From a virus (Duplodnaviria > Caudoviricetes): a stretch of 59,703 bases of DNA. The stretch is from the IMG/VR virus record IMGVR_UViG_3300036770_004625, positions 1 to 59,703 of that record; one strand, 5' to 3'. The notes below the pieces were generated by a model. The model did not search any database. It worked only from the letters and a program-made list of their open reading frames with translations, and was not told where the DNA came from. The stretch's first letter is position 1. Each line of letters starts with the position of its first letter. Position numbers and translations under genes: made by a program. This document shows, one piece after another, positions 10,101 to 19,447 of the stretch.

Positions 10101-10592
10101 CCAATGCATGCCGGTGTCACTCTTGCCAGCCGCTACCTCAGCCGTCAGCAAAATGCCATTTACGAAACGGTGCTCTACAAGGCGCTGACCGACCCTGAGT
10201 ATGCGCACCAGCTGGTGAACGCCAATAAGCCGATCACGGACAATAAGACGTTCAACACCATGAGCAAGCTCACCTTCCAAGCGGGTGGCTACTTGCCTGC
10301 TCTGATGCAAGGTGGTGCTCGTGTGGCGGGGATCGAAGCAACACAGGCGCTCTCAGATCAAGAGCGCCAAGTGCCTAGCGCGATGCCGGTGATCCCGCCT
10401 CGTGCTGCCCAAACAGCTCCTGCTGTACCGGCTGCGAATCAGCGTCTCTCTCAAAGTACTCCAGCAAGGACGCTTCCTCAGATGCCAAGTCAAGGGGATA
10501 TGCAGAATCTGGCGGCGAACTATGCGGCTCTGTTTCCTCAGGATTTTCTGAGTCCGATGCTTCAGCAGCGCCAGCAAATGCCGCAACCTTAG
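7134..10592 (+). CDS. Large internal virion/ejection protein (1152 aa)
   Basis: ATGA coupling, helical composition, C-terminal YAALFPQD motif; last gene of the structural transcript. Confidence 0.65.
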   Translation: MNIITLPSGKQVNVDTGELVGATQAAPVPAGQLTQTGRVDIEGKGAARTAVDALQQFSAGFNTMLFSLPDATIRAVAKAANVKDDEIPQFVNYFNRGQTAPTNSLERFAYAIGAGAGSALPFTGLLGAVARTNVLRSALPADAGVARRVAKDMLDFTRANPAGAVAMDLGFGGAYGGLEQSVEEFADPGEAKDFLKATVPFAGTVAIPLAASKIISLASSLPSVQAAKGVAGVGQQMFGGQTAEGFAAEIGRERALNIPFLRSVTNYAGRKYAEKAERDVEKVLAPLVESPGKAMAPGVREALQVTDAIENDPRLKELFLFDAGEQSLYAPLIVARNKMFRELAGDLLADAQVRYQKNREGFLTAFDRFAPNAEMNLDKALQLTYADQTRTVNNALKQLTDLQEGEAARVMDNFVPQNLDEIGESLRSGVLAQMSAKFQSLRRAAENIGAREGFDVEGVKIPTIQEGAPIYPLGISAADYENFGRSLVNRYRMTKEDRMFPDGTPHPVQLMQNQLRRLEDARNKAAAEYIPDIVRQKIMEDPDGPKVLRMMQESEVKNYLDKATQFVLTGKMPRSTTPPRRGTVQLQAITGGDTPPFTKDQVEQIRDEARKMAMKDVSTSMTFPDALDLLDAAQTYRNISIHQYNRLLGLGTPRNQANQTLDRGNALLRDVENFIFTNFKGVRGDQGKALRNWMDEYKAVYTDGYEKAFPLLISKRDPRGNFYTGNEELVNKAFSSAQNIRDLNAIFGQDPAYMRTMTNVLLDKARVAPGVIKDGIIDPEAFQKFLSSKNIKSVYDAMPDQVKANVSDEMKIGIDMARRVKEMQDRVDLARDDELMAILKKSVRPDADPNALVQQAITDPAVMRKLVNAVGAEPPPGVGPTATGTQRKEALQRQVWDTVRNKLMDQSDPLFLQDFLTRHSKSLNILYDKQHLDDLQKLAEIQRRVFAGEAPVGTISPFTTLDEALREKIGAGIGTIEATARAAMIRQISPMHAGVTLASRYLSRQQNAIYETVLYKALTDPEYAHQLVNANKPITDNKTFNTMSKLTFQAGGYLPALMQGGARVAGIEATQALSDQERQVPSAMPVIPPRAAQTAPAVPAANQRLSQSTPARTLPQMPSQGDMQNLAANYAALFPQDFLSPMLQQRQQMPQP

Positions 10593-11247
10593 CATTCCAT
10601 TTATCTAAATAGGAATCAAACTCCCGGCCGCAGAGCAAGAACTCTTCGGTCGGGCCGTCCTGGGCGGCCATAAGAATCACGCCTTGACGGATCTTGGTGC
10701 CGTGTTGCTCATTGTGGGCTTGGGCGTATGCGACCAACTGGATAAAGTAATCATCGATCCACTCCCGGCGTTTCATTTTATTGGTCTGCTTGAAGTCCAC
10801 AATGCTTTCCTGGCCCTTGTACCTTCCCGCTAGGTCAGTGGTTCCGGCATATTTTCCCCGGCAGTAGACCATCACTTCGTTGCCCCAGACCTCGTCGAGG
10901 TTGTCAAAGAAGTCCTCCATCAAAGTTGCCCCCATCCGGTAAGCCCTTAATTGCCACCATTCCTTGGCGGGGCGAATCGGTCGATTCTTGATGTGGCACT
11001 CGATAAAACTATGCATAGCGGTGCCCACGGCCGCCGCTTCTTTGCGAATCCGCTCGGCTTCTTCCTCCCCGACCCGCTTGACCCAGGCATCCAGCCCGCT
11101 TTTGTCCTTCCCGGCAGACAGGATTGTGGTCACACTTGGAAGGGACTCCCCATGTTGGTTCACATACTTTCGACCCTCCGGTAAATCCTGCCGAGTCAGA
11201 GTTTCGTAGCGGTACCTACGGACAGTGTTGATGATCAGATTAGCCAT
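10375..11247 (-). CDS. PD-(D/E)XK exonuclease
   Basis: LPSVTTIL, GTAMH, E..V, YAGTTDL, IVDFKQ and YFIQLVAY motifs. Confidence 0.9.
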   Translation of the reverse strand: MANLIINTVRRYRYETLTRQDLPEGRKYVNQHGESLPSVTTILSAGKDKSGLDAWVKRVGEEEAERIRKEAAAVGTAMHSFIECHIKNRPIRPAKEWWQLRAYRMGATLMEDFFDNLDEVWGNEVMVYCRGKYAGTTDLAGRYKGQESIVDFKQTNKMKRREWIDDYFIQLVAYAQAHNEQHGTKIRQGVILMAAQDGPTEEFLLCGREFDSYLDKWNAKVAAFAGAAEASDSENPEETEPHSSPPDSAYPLDLASEEASLLEYFERDADSQPVQQELFGQHEAGSPASR

Positions 11248-12680
11248 TTCTTGAGGTCCTCTCCAAGCACTTGGGTGGCAATGTCGATCTTGCTTCGCAG
11301 GGCTTCGACAATCTTCTGATCGACGGTTTTGGGTGACATGAGGTCAACGTAGGTCACAGATTTGGTCTGCCCGATCCGGTGAGCACGGTCCTCGGACTGC
11401 AATCTGACCTCCAGGTCATAACTGTTGGAGTAGTAGATGACCGTCTTGGCCTCGGTCAGCGTCAATCCATAGCCCCCAGTCTTTGGCTGGCCAATAAAAA
11501 AGCGCAATTCTGAGTTTGGATCTTGGAATTTATTGACGATTTCCTGGCGCTCATCCCCTGGGGTGTCCCCGTAGTAGGTCGCCGCACACCCTCCGCCGTA
11601 GGCTTTGGATAGCGCCTCGTGGATTTTGAGGATGTCATGGGTGTAAGTGGCCCAAATAATGGCTTTTCCATCGCTCTCTTCGATTACTTCGAGCAATGCA
11701 TCAAGCCGGTTACTAGGGATTTCCCTAATCTCACCGTCATCCGATCGAATGTGCCCACAGCAGATCTGGTGCATGCGCATGATCTGAGTCAGTGCGGTAG
11801 TGGTTGTGGTGATCGAGCCGTCGCCCAGGATGGAAAGCGCCGTCTTTTTCATCTGCTCGTAGGCCTGCTCTTGCGCCTCGGTCAACGGAACATCCCTGCT
11901 CACGTAAACCTTCTCAGGCAAATCGATGCACTCCTCCTTGGTGACCCGAAAAGCAAAAGGCTGGAGCTTCTCAGTGAGCTCGTCCAGACGCCGGTAGCCC
12001 ACAACTTGGTTGAATGACCTACTACCCATAGTCTTTTTGACCACTACTGCGTAGCGCATTTGGAACGCAAAGTAGCTGGCAAAGCCCAAAAGATCAGGGT
12101 TCAGGAACGCACATTGTGTGTACAAATCCAGCGGGCTTTTGGTGATCGGGGAGCCTGTCAGGATCCTGCGAAACGAGGCAAACCTGCCGACTTTGTAGAT
12201 GTTCTTGGTCCGCTGAGCCGTCGGGCTCTTGATTGTTGTGCTCTCGTCCACGGCCATCAGTGCCGTGTGGGACAACAAAAAACGCTCTGCAAACTTGGTG
12301 CCCTTAGGGCTGGAGAATGCTTCAACGTTCATGACCATGATGTGCAGCTTATCGTCAATGTCAAACATCTTTTCCATTGCCATCTCTTGTTTTTTAGACG
12401 GCTGTGGGCTCCAGAGAGCTACAGAATGCGTGACATGATCCGGCATGTGCTTTGGGATCTCAAGTTCTGCCCAGTTGCGATACACGCCCTTTGGAGCAAT
12501 GATCAAGGCCCCGTTGATGTGGCCGTTGTCGTACAGCATTGCCATGTTGTTGATGAGCATGAACGACTTGCCCGTGCCCATGTCAGCAAACAACGCCGCT
12601 GTCCGGTCATCCCAGAAACGGTGTAGATATGCCGCTTGATGAGCATATGGCTCGTTCTTAAATCGGTAATCGACTAGCAT
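11235..12680 (-). CDS. SNF2-family (SF2) helicase
   Basis: DMGTGKS, VDEST, LTGSP, GGYGLTLT and QSEDRAHRIGQ motifs; ATG 12680 follows AGAAAGGA. Confidence 0.93.
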   Translation of the reverse strand: MLVDYRFKNEPYAHQAAYLHRFWDDRTAALFADMGTGKSFMLINNMAMLYDNGHINGALIIAPKGVYRNWAELEIPKHMPDHVTHSVALWSPQPSKKQEMAMEKMFDIDDKLHIMVMNVEAFSSPKGTKFAERFLLSHTALMAVDESTTIKSPTAQRTKNIYKVGRFASFRRILTGSPITKSPLDLYTQCAFLNPDLLGFASYFAFQMRYAVVVKKTMGSRSFNQVVGYRRLDELTEKLQPFAFRVTKEECIDLPEKVYVSRDVPLTEAQEQAYEQMKKTALSILGDGSITTTTTALTQIMRMHQICCGHIRSDDGEIREIPSNRLDALLEVIEESDGKAIIWATYTHDILKIHEALSKAYGGGCAATYYGDTPGDERQEIVNKFQDPNSELRFFIGQPKTGGYGLTLTEAKTVIYYSNSYDLEVRLQSEDRAHRIGQTKSVTYVDLMSPKTVDQKIVEALRSKIDIATQVLGEDLKKWLI

Positions 12681-12692
12681 CTTTATCCTTTC

Positions 12693-12721
12693 TTGACAGG
12701 CACCTTCGCCTTGGGTATAGT
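12693..12721 (+). promoter_or_regulatory. Sigma70-type promoter for the replication operon
   Basis: TTGACA (12693-12698), 17 bp, TATAGT (12716-12721), in the divergent intergenic gap. Confidence 0.8.
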
Positions 12722-12753
12722 CTATCTCAGAAGTCATAAAGGAGAAAGACGGA

Positions 12754-13086
12754 ATGCCAAAAATTTACGTTGTGCAAGAGACTATGCGTCACAATCTTTT
12801 GCCAGCCCAAGCCTTTGGGGACTTGGTTTTCCTGTTGCCACCCGTGGCACAGATCACCTTTTCCCCAGGACCCACGGTCCAGCGCATGAACCGCATCCTA
12901 AGCAACTTTACGGATGAGGACTACCTGCTCTTGATCGGGGACCCTGCTGCGATGTGTCTTGCTGCTGTTTTGGCATCAAACAAAAATCGTGGTAGGTTTA
13001 AGCTTCTGAAGTGGGACAAGCGTGAAATGAAGTACTACCCAATTCAGATTGACGTTTACAAGAAAGGAGAAAGTGATGAGTATTGA
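12754..13086 (+). CDS. Hypothetical protein (110 aa)
   Basis: AAGGAG RBS; DYLLLIGDP motif; first gene after the promoter. Confidence 0.75.
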   Translation: MPKIYVVQETMRHNLLPAQAFGDLVFLLPPVAQITFSPGPTVQRMNRILSNFTDEDYLLLIGDPAAMCLAAVLASNKNRGRFKLLKWDKREMKYYPIQIDVYKKGESDEY

Positions 13087-13633
13087 TGTATCGCAGTTGG
13101 AAAAGGATGCCGACGCATTAGGTCTTGCTGACCAATCGCTCACCGGCATTAGCGATCTTGCCAAGAAGGCTCTCTTGATCGAGAAAGAAATCGAAGATCT
13201 CGAGGCCACCTTGTCAGAGCGCAAAGAAGCACTTCGGGACATAACAGACAACCGTTTGCCCGAAGCAATGCGCGAGCTCAACATGAACTCGTTCCGGATG
13301 GCCGATGGATCATTCATCGAGGTCAAGCCCTTCTACAGCGCAAGCATTCCGTCTGACAGAAGAGGCGAGGCCTATGAATGGCTCCGTGCCAAAGGCTTTG
13401 ATGACATCATCAAGAACACCGTGTCCGTGCAGTTCGGCCGTGGTGAGGATGGGAAGGCAGGAAATCTCATCCAAGAAATCCGTGAGAAAGGGATGATCCC
13501 CGAGCAAGCGGAGAAGATCGAGCCATCAACGCTCAAGGCCTTCATCAAAGATCTGGTCGAGCAAGGTGTTGATTTCGACACGGAGCTTTTCGGCGCCTAC
13601 ATCGGCTGGAAAGCAAAAATCAAGTCCAAGTAA
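13076..13633 (+). CDS. Conserved replication-module protein with N-terminal coiled coil
   Basis: ATG 13076 after AGAAAGGAG; AYEWLR..G.DDIIKN and P.TLKAF motifs. Confidence 0.75.
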   Translation: MSIDVSQLEKDADALGLADQSLTGISDLAKKALLIEKEIEDLEATLSERKEALRDITDNRLPEAMRELNMNSFRMADGSFIEVKPFYSASIPSDRRGEAYEWLRAKGFDDIIKNTVSVQFGRGEDGKAGNLIQEIREKGMIPEQAEKIEPSTLKAFIKDLVEQGVDFDTELFGAYIGWKAKIKSK

Positions 13634-13647
13634 AAAGGAAACTAATC

Positions 13648-14412
13648 ATGAATCAAGTAGCCAAAAAGCAGTCTAGCGATTTAGCCCTCGTCAACGAGAT
13701 GTTTGAGGCCGATGCATCCAATGGCATGGAAAACATGTCCCAGGAAGACCTCGCACTTCCGTTTCTCAAGGTGCTCTCACAACTGTCCCCGGAACTCGAG
13801 TCAGTCGAGGGCGCCAAGGCAGGCATGATCTTCAACACGGTCTCCAACCAGCTCTACGACGGGCAAAAAGGAATTCTTGTTCTGCCCTGCTATTACGAGC
13901 GCAAGTACATTGAATGGGCACCCCGTGGCCAAGGCAGTGGCGCACCAGTCAACGTCTACCCCGCAACAAGCGACGTCATGTCCCGCACGTTCCGCAAGCC
14001 AGGAGATAGCAAAGACTATCTGGAGAGCGGCAACTACATCGAGAACAGCGCACAGCACTACGTCTTGGTGCTCGATGAGAAGGGCGACCATCCTGCTCTG
14101 ATTGTAATGAAGGCCACACAGCTTAAAAAGTCACGCAAGTGGAACAGCATGATGATGACTGTCAAGATGAATGGCAAGAACGGTCCGTTCACGCCTCCGT
14201 CGTACAGTCAGGTTTATCGCTTGACCACGTCCAAGGAGTCCAATGACAAGGGCACTTGGTATGGTTGGGAAGTTGAGCGTGTCGGTCCTGTCGAAAACCA
14301 ATCTCAGTATTTAATGGCCAAGGGCTTTGCCGAATCCGTTAAGTCTGGGGATGTGCAGGTCAAGCACAGCGATGAGGCTGCCGAAGCTCCAAAGGCCCAC
14401 ACCGCATTCTAA
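13648..14412 (+). CDS. Putative ssDNA-binding protein
   Basis: DLALPFLKVL..LSPE, YIEW, SRKWN and GTWYGW motifs; directly upstream of the primase. Confidence 0.6.
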   Translation: MNQVAKKQSSDLALVNEMFEADASNGMENMSQEDLALPFLKVLSQLSPELESVEGAKAGMIFNTVSNQLYDGQKGILVLPCYYERKYIEWAPRGQGSGAPVNVYPATSDVMSRTFRKPGDSKDYLESGNYIENSAQHYVLVLDEKGDHPALIVMKATQLKKSRKWNSMMMTVKMNGKNGPFTPPSYSQVYRLTTSKESNDKGTWYGWEVERVGPVENQSQYLMAKGFAESVKSGDVQVKHSDEAAEAPKAHTAF

Positions 14413-14420
14413 ATGAGCTA

Positions 14421-14448
14421 GGGCCCGGTCCTTCGGGGTCGGGCCTTT
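14421..14448 (+). terminator. Stem-loop with cUUCGg tetraloop (weak terminator or RNA stabiliser)
   Basis: GGCCCGGTCC-TTCG-GGGTCGGGCC then TTT; short U tract. Confidence 0.6.
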
Positions 14449-14467
14449 CATACAGAAAGAGAAGCTC

Positions 14468-15997
14468 ATGCTCGATATCTCTCGTTTCAAGTCGATCTTT
14501 GAAGGACTTGATATTGCCTATGGCACGTACCTCATAGAAGGTGAAAGAGAAGATGGAAAGAAGAACGGAAAGGCCACTGTTATCCGTAAGTCCCCAGGGG
14601 ATGATCTTTGGGAAAAGCACCTCATGGGTGTGGAACCTAGTCTTGGGATCATTCCGATCCGTTCGGATAACACCTGTACCTGGGGGTGTATTGATATCGA
14701 CCAATACCCACTCGACCACAAAGCCCTCATCAAGAAGATCCGACGGCTCGAACTTCCATTAATCGTCTTTCGTTCTAAATCCGGAGGCGCTCACGCCTTC
14801 ATGTTCTGCCGCGACCCAATATCAGCGGCTGATATGCAGAAGAACCTCAAGCTGTTCTCGTCCTACCTGGGCTACAGCGGCTGTGAGATCTTCCCAAAAC
14901 AAACTGAAATCCTTGTTGACCGTGGCGACACGGGCAACTTCTTAAATCTGCCCTACTTCGGCGGAGACAGCGGGACACGTTACGCATTCAAAGACGATGG
15001 CACCGCCGCTACGCTCGAGGAGTTCTACGAGCTCTACGAACAATACGCCGCCGCTCCCGGCAATGAAGCGCCAAAGCCTGTCGTTCCAATTGATTCAGAC
15101 CTGCCCGACGGCCCACCATGCTTGCAGTATCTCTGCTCCCAGGGCTTCCCTGAAGGAACACGGAACAATGGCCTGTTCAATATTGGCATCTACCTGAGGA
15201 AAGCTTTCCCTGACACATGGGAAGACGAGATCCTCAAGGCCAATCAGAAGTACATGACCCCGCCCCTGCCGCTCAACGAGATCAATCTCTTGGTGCGTCA
15301 GTTAAAGCGCAAGGACTACCACTACAAGTGCAAAGATGCACCGATCAACAGCCATTGCAACTCGAGTCTCTGTAAGACCCGTAAGCACGGCATTGGGCAG
15401 AGCAATTACGAGGGCCCAACAATCGCGGCGCTATCTAAATACGCCAGCGACCCACCCCTGTGGTTCTTAGACGTAGAGGGCAAGCGCATCGAGCTCACGA
15501 CCGAGGAGCTCCAGCAACAGCACAAGTTTCAAATCGTCTGCATGAACAAGCTCAACGTTGCACCGCCCACGGTTAAGAAAGAGCAGTGGGAACGCCTGCT
15601 TAATTCTCTGCTAAAGGAAATGGTCGAGAGCCAAGCAATCACTGAGGCGCCGGAAGATACCAGCAACGAAGGCCGCTTCTACGATCTGCTCGAGGAGTTT
15701 TGCACACATATGCAGAGCGCCCTGGAGAAGGACGAGCTTCTCATGGGCCGCCCGTGGACGGACGAAGAAGAGGGCATGACTTATTTCCGGCTCAAGGACC
15801 TCGAGTCCTACCTCGTCCGTCAGCGCTTCACGTTCATGACCTCGCCCAAGATTGCTCAGCGCCTGCGTGACATGGAAGGTTCCCCCGTGTCCGTGACGAT
15901 CAAGAGCCGGACCGTCCGCTTGTGGAGAATCCCGTCGTTCAAGCGCCAGGATGCGCCGTTCCACGTGAAGATTGAGAGCAAGGAGTCGCCGTTCTAA
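14468..15997 (+). CDS. AEP-type primase with PriCT-like domain
   Basis: CIDID, RSKSGGAH, GNFLNLPY and PPCL...EGTRNNGLF motifs. Confidence 0.85.
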   Translation: MLDISRFKSIFEGLDIAYGTYLIEGEREDGKKNGKATVIRKSPGDDLWEKHLMGVEPSLGIIPIRSDNTCTWGCIDIDQYPLDHKALIKKIRRLELPLIVFRSKSGGAHAFMFCRDPISAADMQKNLKLFSSYLGYSGCEIFPKQTEILVDRGDTGNFLNLPYFGGDSGTRYAFKDDGTAATLEEFYELYEQYAAAPGNEAPKPVVPIDSDLPDGPPCLQYLCSQGFPEGTRNNGLFNIGIYLRKAFPDTWEDEILKANQKYMTPPLPLNEINLLVRQLKRKDYHYKCKDAPINSHCNSSLCKTRKHGIGQSNYEGPTIAALSKYASDPPLWFLDVEGKRIELTTEELQQQHKFQIVCMNKLNVAPPTVKKEQWERLLNSLLKEMVESQAITEAPEDTSNEGRFYDLLEEFCTHMQSALEKDELLMGRPWTDEEEGMTYFRLKDLESYLVRQRFTFMTSPKIAQRLRDMEGSPVSVTIKSRTVRLWRIPSFKRQDAPFHVKIESKESPF

Positions 15998-17505
15998 TGG
16001 AGACCAAGAAGATATTTGGCCCTCCAGGGACAGGAAAGACCACGTTCCTGCTTAATACCGTTGAGCAGCTGCTGAACGAGGGCATTCCTCCAGAAAGAAT
16101 TGGCTACTTTGCTTTTACCAGAAAGGCCGCTCACGAGGCAAAAGAGCGGGCGCTCAAGAAGTTTCCGCACCTAAATGCAAAGAGCTTCACTAACTTTCGC
16201 ACTATCCATAGTCTGTCGTTTGTCTGCTTGGGCATTCGTAGCGAGCAGGTTCTTAAGGACAGCCACATCCGGGAGTTCTCCCAGGAGATCGGCATCCAAC
16301 TGAAGTTCTCCCAGGGCGATGAGAGTTGGGAAGTCTCCGTGGATCACCCCGCCTTTGCCGTCATACATTTGGCACGGCAGAAGATGGTCGATCTCGAGGT
16401 GGCCTACAACGCCTCTGAGCTTCAGATGACTTGGTTTGAGTTCAGGTTCTTGCATGATTCCTACCGCCAGTTCTTGCTCAAGAACCACCTCTACGACTTT
16501 ACCGACATGCTGGAGATGTTCTCCAACGCCTTTGACGATGCCTACCCATCCTTTGATGCAGTGATCATCGACGAGGCCCAGGACTTGACGCCCTTGCAAT
16601 GGAAGATTGCCAAGCGGCTCATCGACAAGACCAACATTTCCTACGTCGCAGGAGACGATGATCAGGCCATCTTTGGCTGGAGCGGAGCAGATGTAACGTC
16701 CTTGCTTACACTGCCAGGAGAGAACGTCGTTCTCGATCAGTCTTACCGGGTGCCCCAGGCCATCCACGACCTGAGCGCCGAGATCATTCAGCGTGTGCGC
16801 TACCGAGTCGATAAAGAGTGGAAGCCCATGGACACTGAGGGTGCCATCCATAAAATCTTCAACGTGCGCTCGATTGACTTTGAGAATATTGAAGGCAGTT
16901 GGATGATCCTGGCCTCCACAAATTACATGCTCAACGAGGTCCACGAGCACTTAAAAAGCATTGGGATCCTCTTTGAGCGCAACCACGTCCGCTCGATCGG
17001 TGAGGGCACCGTTGATTCGGTCTACGCATGGGAGCGCTTACGCAAGGGCGATTCCATCAACGCCAAGGAAGTCAAGAACATCTACAACCTCTTGGGCCCC
17101 GGCATGGTCCGGCGAGGGTTCAAGAAGTTTGACGGCGCCGATACTCAGCTTTATTCCTTTGAAGAACTGACCACGAACCACGGGCTTGACATTGCAAAAG
17201 AAACCCCATGGTACGAGGCATTGATTCGCATCCCCCAGCCACAAGAGGTTTACATTCGTGCCGCTCTTCGCAGGGGCCAGTCTCTACGCGGCGAGCCACG
17301 CATTCGCCTGTCCACGATCCACGGAGCCAAGGGCGGTGAGGCTGACAACGTCGCCTTACACATGGACCTGTCTTCCAAATTCATGGACCTCTACCACCAA
17401 AAGCCAGATGACATTCACCGCCTGTTTTACGTTGCCGTAACACGGGCAAAGAAGAATCTCTACTTGGTTCTTCCCAAAGACTACTCGAAAGCTTTCCACA
17501 TATGA
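15997..17505 (+). CDS. UvrD/Rep-like SF1 helicase
   Basis: GPPGTGKT, IIDEAQD, GDDDQAI, QSYR, TIHGAKGGE and FYVAVTRAK motifs. Confidence 0.95.
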   Translation: METKKIFGPPGTGKTTFLLNTVEQLLNEGIPPERIGYFAFTRKAAHEAKERALKKFPHLNAKSFTNFRTIHSLSFVCLGIRSEQVLKDSHIREFSQEIGIQLKFSQGDESWEVSVDHPAFAVIHLARQKMVDLEVAYNASELQMTWFEFRFLHDSYRQFLLKNHLYDFTDMLEMFSNAFDDAYPSFDAVIIDEAQDLTPLQWKIAKRLIDKTNISYVAGDDDQAIFGWSGADVTSLLTLPGENVVLDQSYRVPQAIHDLSAEIIQRVRYRVDKEWKPMDTEGAIHKIFNVRSIDFENIEGSWMILASTNYMLNEVHEHLKSIGILFERNHVRSIGEGTVDSVYAWERLRKGDSINAKEVKNIYNLLGPGMVRRGFKKFDGADTQLYSFEELTTNHGLDIAKETPWYEALIRIPQPQEVYIRAALRRGQSLRGEPRIRLSTIHGAKGGEADNVALHMDLSSKFMDLYHQKPDDIHRLFYVAVTRAKKNLYLVLPKDYSKAFHI

Positions 17506-19373
17506 GCCTGACATTCATCAAACCTTCCAAGACAGAGTGGCTCCCGCCGGACACGCTCCCCGACCTATCGTCGGCGACAGAAATAGCCATCGACCTCGAA
17601 ACACGGGACCCAAACATGAACACCGAGGGCCCAGGCTGGCCGACCAAGCAGGGCGACATCGTCGGTTTTGCCATTGCCGTGGAGGGCTGGAAGGGTTACT
17701 TGCCCATCAAGCACGAGGGCGGGGGTAACTTGGACGAGGGTATCGTGCGCCGATACGTTCAAAGCGTTCTCGATCTGCCCGCAGACAAGATTTTCTTCAA
17801 CGCCGCCTACGACGTGGGCTGGCTGTTGGCCGAAGGATTTAAGATCAACGGACGCATCCTCGATGCCATGGTTGCCGCCGCGCTGGTCGATGAGAACCGC
17901 ATGAGCTACAGCTTGAACGCCTTGTCCTTCGACTACCTCAAGGAGCTCAAGTCCGAGGAGGGCCTGCGCAAGGCCGCCGCAGAGTTTGGCATCGACCCAA
18001 AGAAAGAGCTCTGGAAGTTGCCTGCCATGTTCGTTGGAGAGTACGCCGAGCAGGATGCGGCACTGACCTTGAAGCTCTGGCAGATCATGAAGATTGAGTT
18101 GATCAAGGAAGAGTGTTCCAACATCTTCGAGCTTGAAACAGCGCTCACGCCTTTGCTAATTAAGATGACCCAGCGCGGCATTCGGCTCAATACCAACAAG
18201 GCCGAGTCTGTCAGCAACTACCTACAGGCTAAGGAGCAGGCCCTGCTTAAACAGATTAAGGATCTCTGCGGGGTTTCGGTGGACATTTGGGCGGCGGCCA
18301 GCATTGCTCGGGCCTTTGACAAGCTCAACCTTTCTTACAACAAAACCGAAAGAGGCGCGCCCAGCTTTACCAAGGGGTTTCTCTCCGCCCATCCCCATCC
18401 GATTGCACAGATGATCGTCGGCGCTCGGGAGTACAACAAAGCCTCTGGAACCTTTGTCCAAAAGCTTTTGGGCTACGCTCGTCATGACGGCAGAGTTCAC
18501 TCTCACATCAACCAAATCCGATCCGATGATGGCGGCACGGTGACCGGGCGATTCTCCATGAACAACCCCAATCTTCAGCAGATCCCCGCTCGGAACGAGG
18601 AAATCGGCCCGATGATCCGGGGCCTGTTCTTACCGGAAGAGGGAGAAGAGTGGGCGAGCCTGGACTACTCCCAGCAAGAACCACGGCTCACGGTCCACTA
18701 CGCTGTATCCATCAAACTTGCCAGCGCCATGGAGGCGGCTCAAAAGTATCGCGAAAACCCCGATGCCGACTTCCATCAAATGGTGGCCGACATGGCAAAG
18801 ATCCCCCGAAAGCAGGCCAAGACCATTGGCCTTGGGCTGACCTACGGCATGGGACGGGCCAAGATGGCCAACGAACTGGACCTAAGTGATGCAGAAGCGG
18901 CAAGTCTGATTGCCAAGTTTCACGACGGCGTCCCGTTCCTGCGCTCCCTGATTACCAGCGTCCAAGCCCGTATCGATGACCCCGAATCGGGAGGAGCCGT
19001 CCGTACTTTGTTGGGCAGGCGGTGCCGGTTTCCACTTTGGGAGCCCGCGACCTACGGCCCACTGCACAAGGCCCTGCCTCGAGATCAGGCGCTTGCCGAG
19101 TACGGGCACCCGATTCGCCGCGCCATGACCTACAAGGGGCTCAACCGATTGATCCAAGGCTCGGCCGCCGACCAAACAAAAAAGGCCCTGCTTGACTGCT
19201 TCAACGAAGTTGGATGCCTTGCCTCGCTTCAGGTGCATGACGAGCTGTGCTTCTCGGTCAAAGACCGGGCGCAGGCAGAAGAATTAAAGAGGGTGATGGA
19301 GGACTGTGTTAAGCTGGAAGTTCCTTGCAAGGTGGACCTAGAGATGGGCCCGTCTTGGGGGGAATCGGCTTAG
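17502..19373 (+). CDS. polA: Family A DNA polymerase with 3'-5' exonuclease domain
   Basis: ExoI DLET, ExoIII YAEQD, TGRFS..NPNLQQIP, motif A DYSQQEPR, motif B RKQAKTIGLGLTYG, motif C VHDEL. Confidence 0.97.
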   Translation: MSLTFIKPSKTEWLPPDTLPDLSSATEIAIDLETRDPNMNTEGPGWPTKQGDIVGFAIAVEGWKGYLPIKHEGGGNLDEGIVRRYVQSVLDLPADKIFFNAAYDVGWLLAEGFKINGRILDAMVAAALVDENRMSYSLNALSFDYLKELKSEEGLRKAAAEFGIDPKKELWKLPAMFVGEYAEQDAALTLKLWQIMKIELIKEECSNIFELETALTPLLIKMTQRGIRLNTNKAESVSNYLQAKEQALLKQIKDLCGVSVDIWAAASIARAFDKLNLSYNKTERGAPSFTKGFLSAHPHPIAQMIVGAREYNKASGTFVQKLLGYARHDGRVHSHINQIRSDDGGTVTGRFSMNNPNLQQIPARNEEIGPMIRGLFLPEEGEEWASLDYSQQEPRLTVHYAVSIKLASAMEAAQKYRENPDADFHQMVADMAKIPRKQAKTIGLGLTYGMGRAKMANELDLSDAEAASLIAKFHDGVPFLRSLITSVQARIDDPESGGAVRTLLGRRCRFPLWEPATYGPLHKALPRDQALAEYGHPIRRAMTYKGLNRLIQGSAADQTKKALLDCFNEVGCLASLQVHDELCFSVKDRAQAEELKRVMEDCVKLEVPCKVDLEMGPSWGESA

Positions 19374-19403
19374 TGAGTCTCCTTCTCCTTACATGGGGGA
19401 TTG

Positions 19404-19436
19404 GTCACCGGGGGGATCCCCCCGGTGACATTTTTT
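19404..19436 (+). terminator. Intrinsic terminator after polA
   Basis: Perfect palindrome GTCACCGGGGGGATCCCCCCGGTGAC (19404-19429) followed by A and T6. Confidence 0.85.
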
Positions 19437-19447
19437 AGGAGAAAGCC

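Noticed and set aside
7134-10592. Large virion proteins (also 32159-35944) as an N4-like virion RNA polymerase reading the hairpins
   Set aside because: Far shorter than N4 vRNAP and no polymerase catalytic motifs recognised; a fold search would be needed to exclude a divergent enzyme
10375-11247. Exonuclease as Cas4 of a CRISPR system
   Set aside because: No Fe-S cysteine cluster, no array and no other cas genes; ordinary phage PD-(D/E)XK nuclease
16171-16950. Long antisense ORFs over replication and structural genes (also 8835-9482, 12060-12626, 47585-48232)
   Set aside because: Fully overlap well-supported genes and show no motifs or RBS
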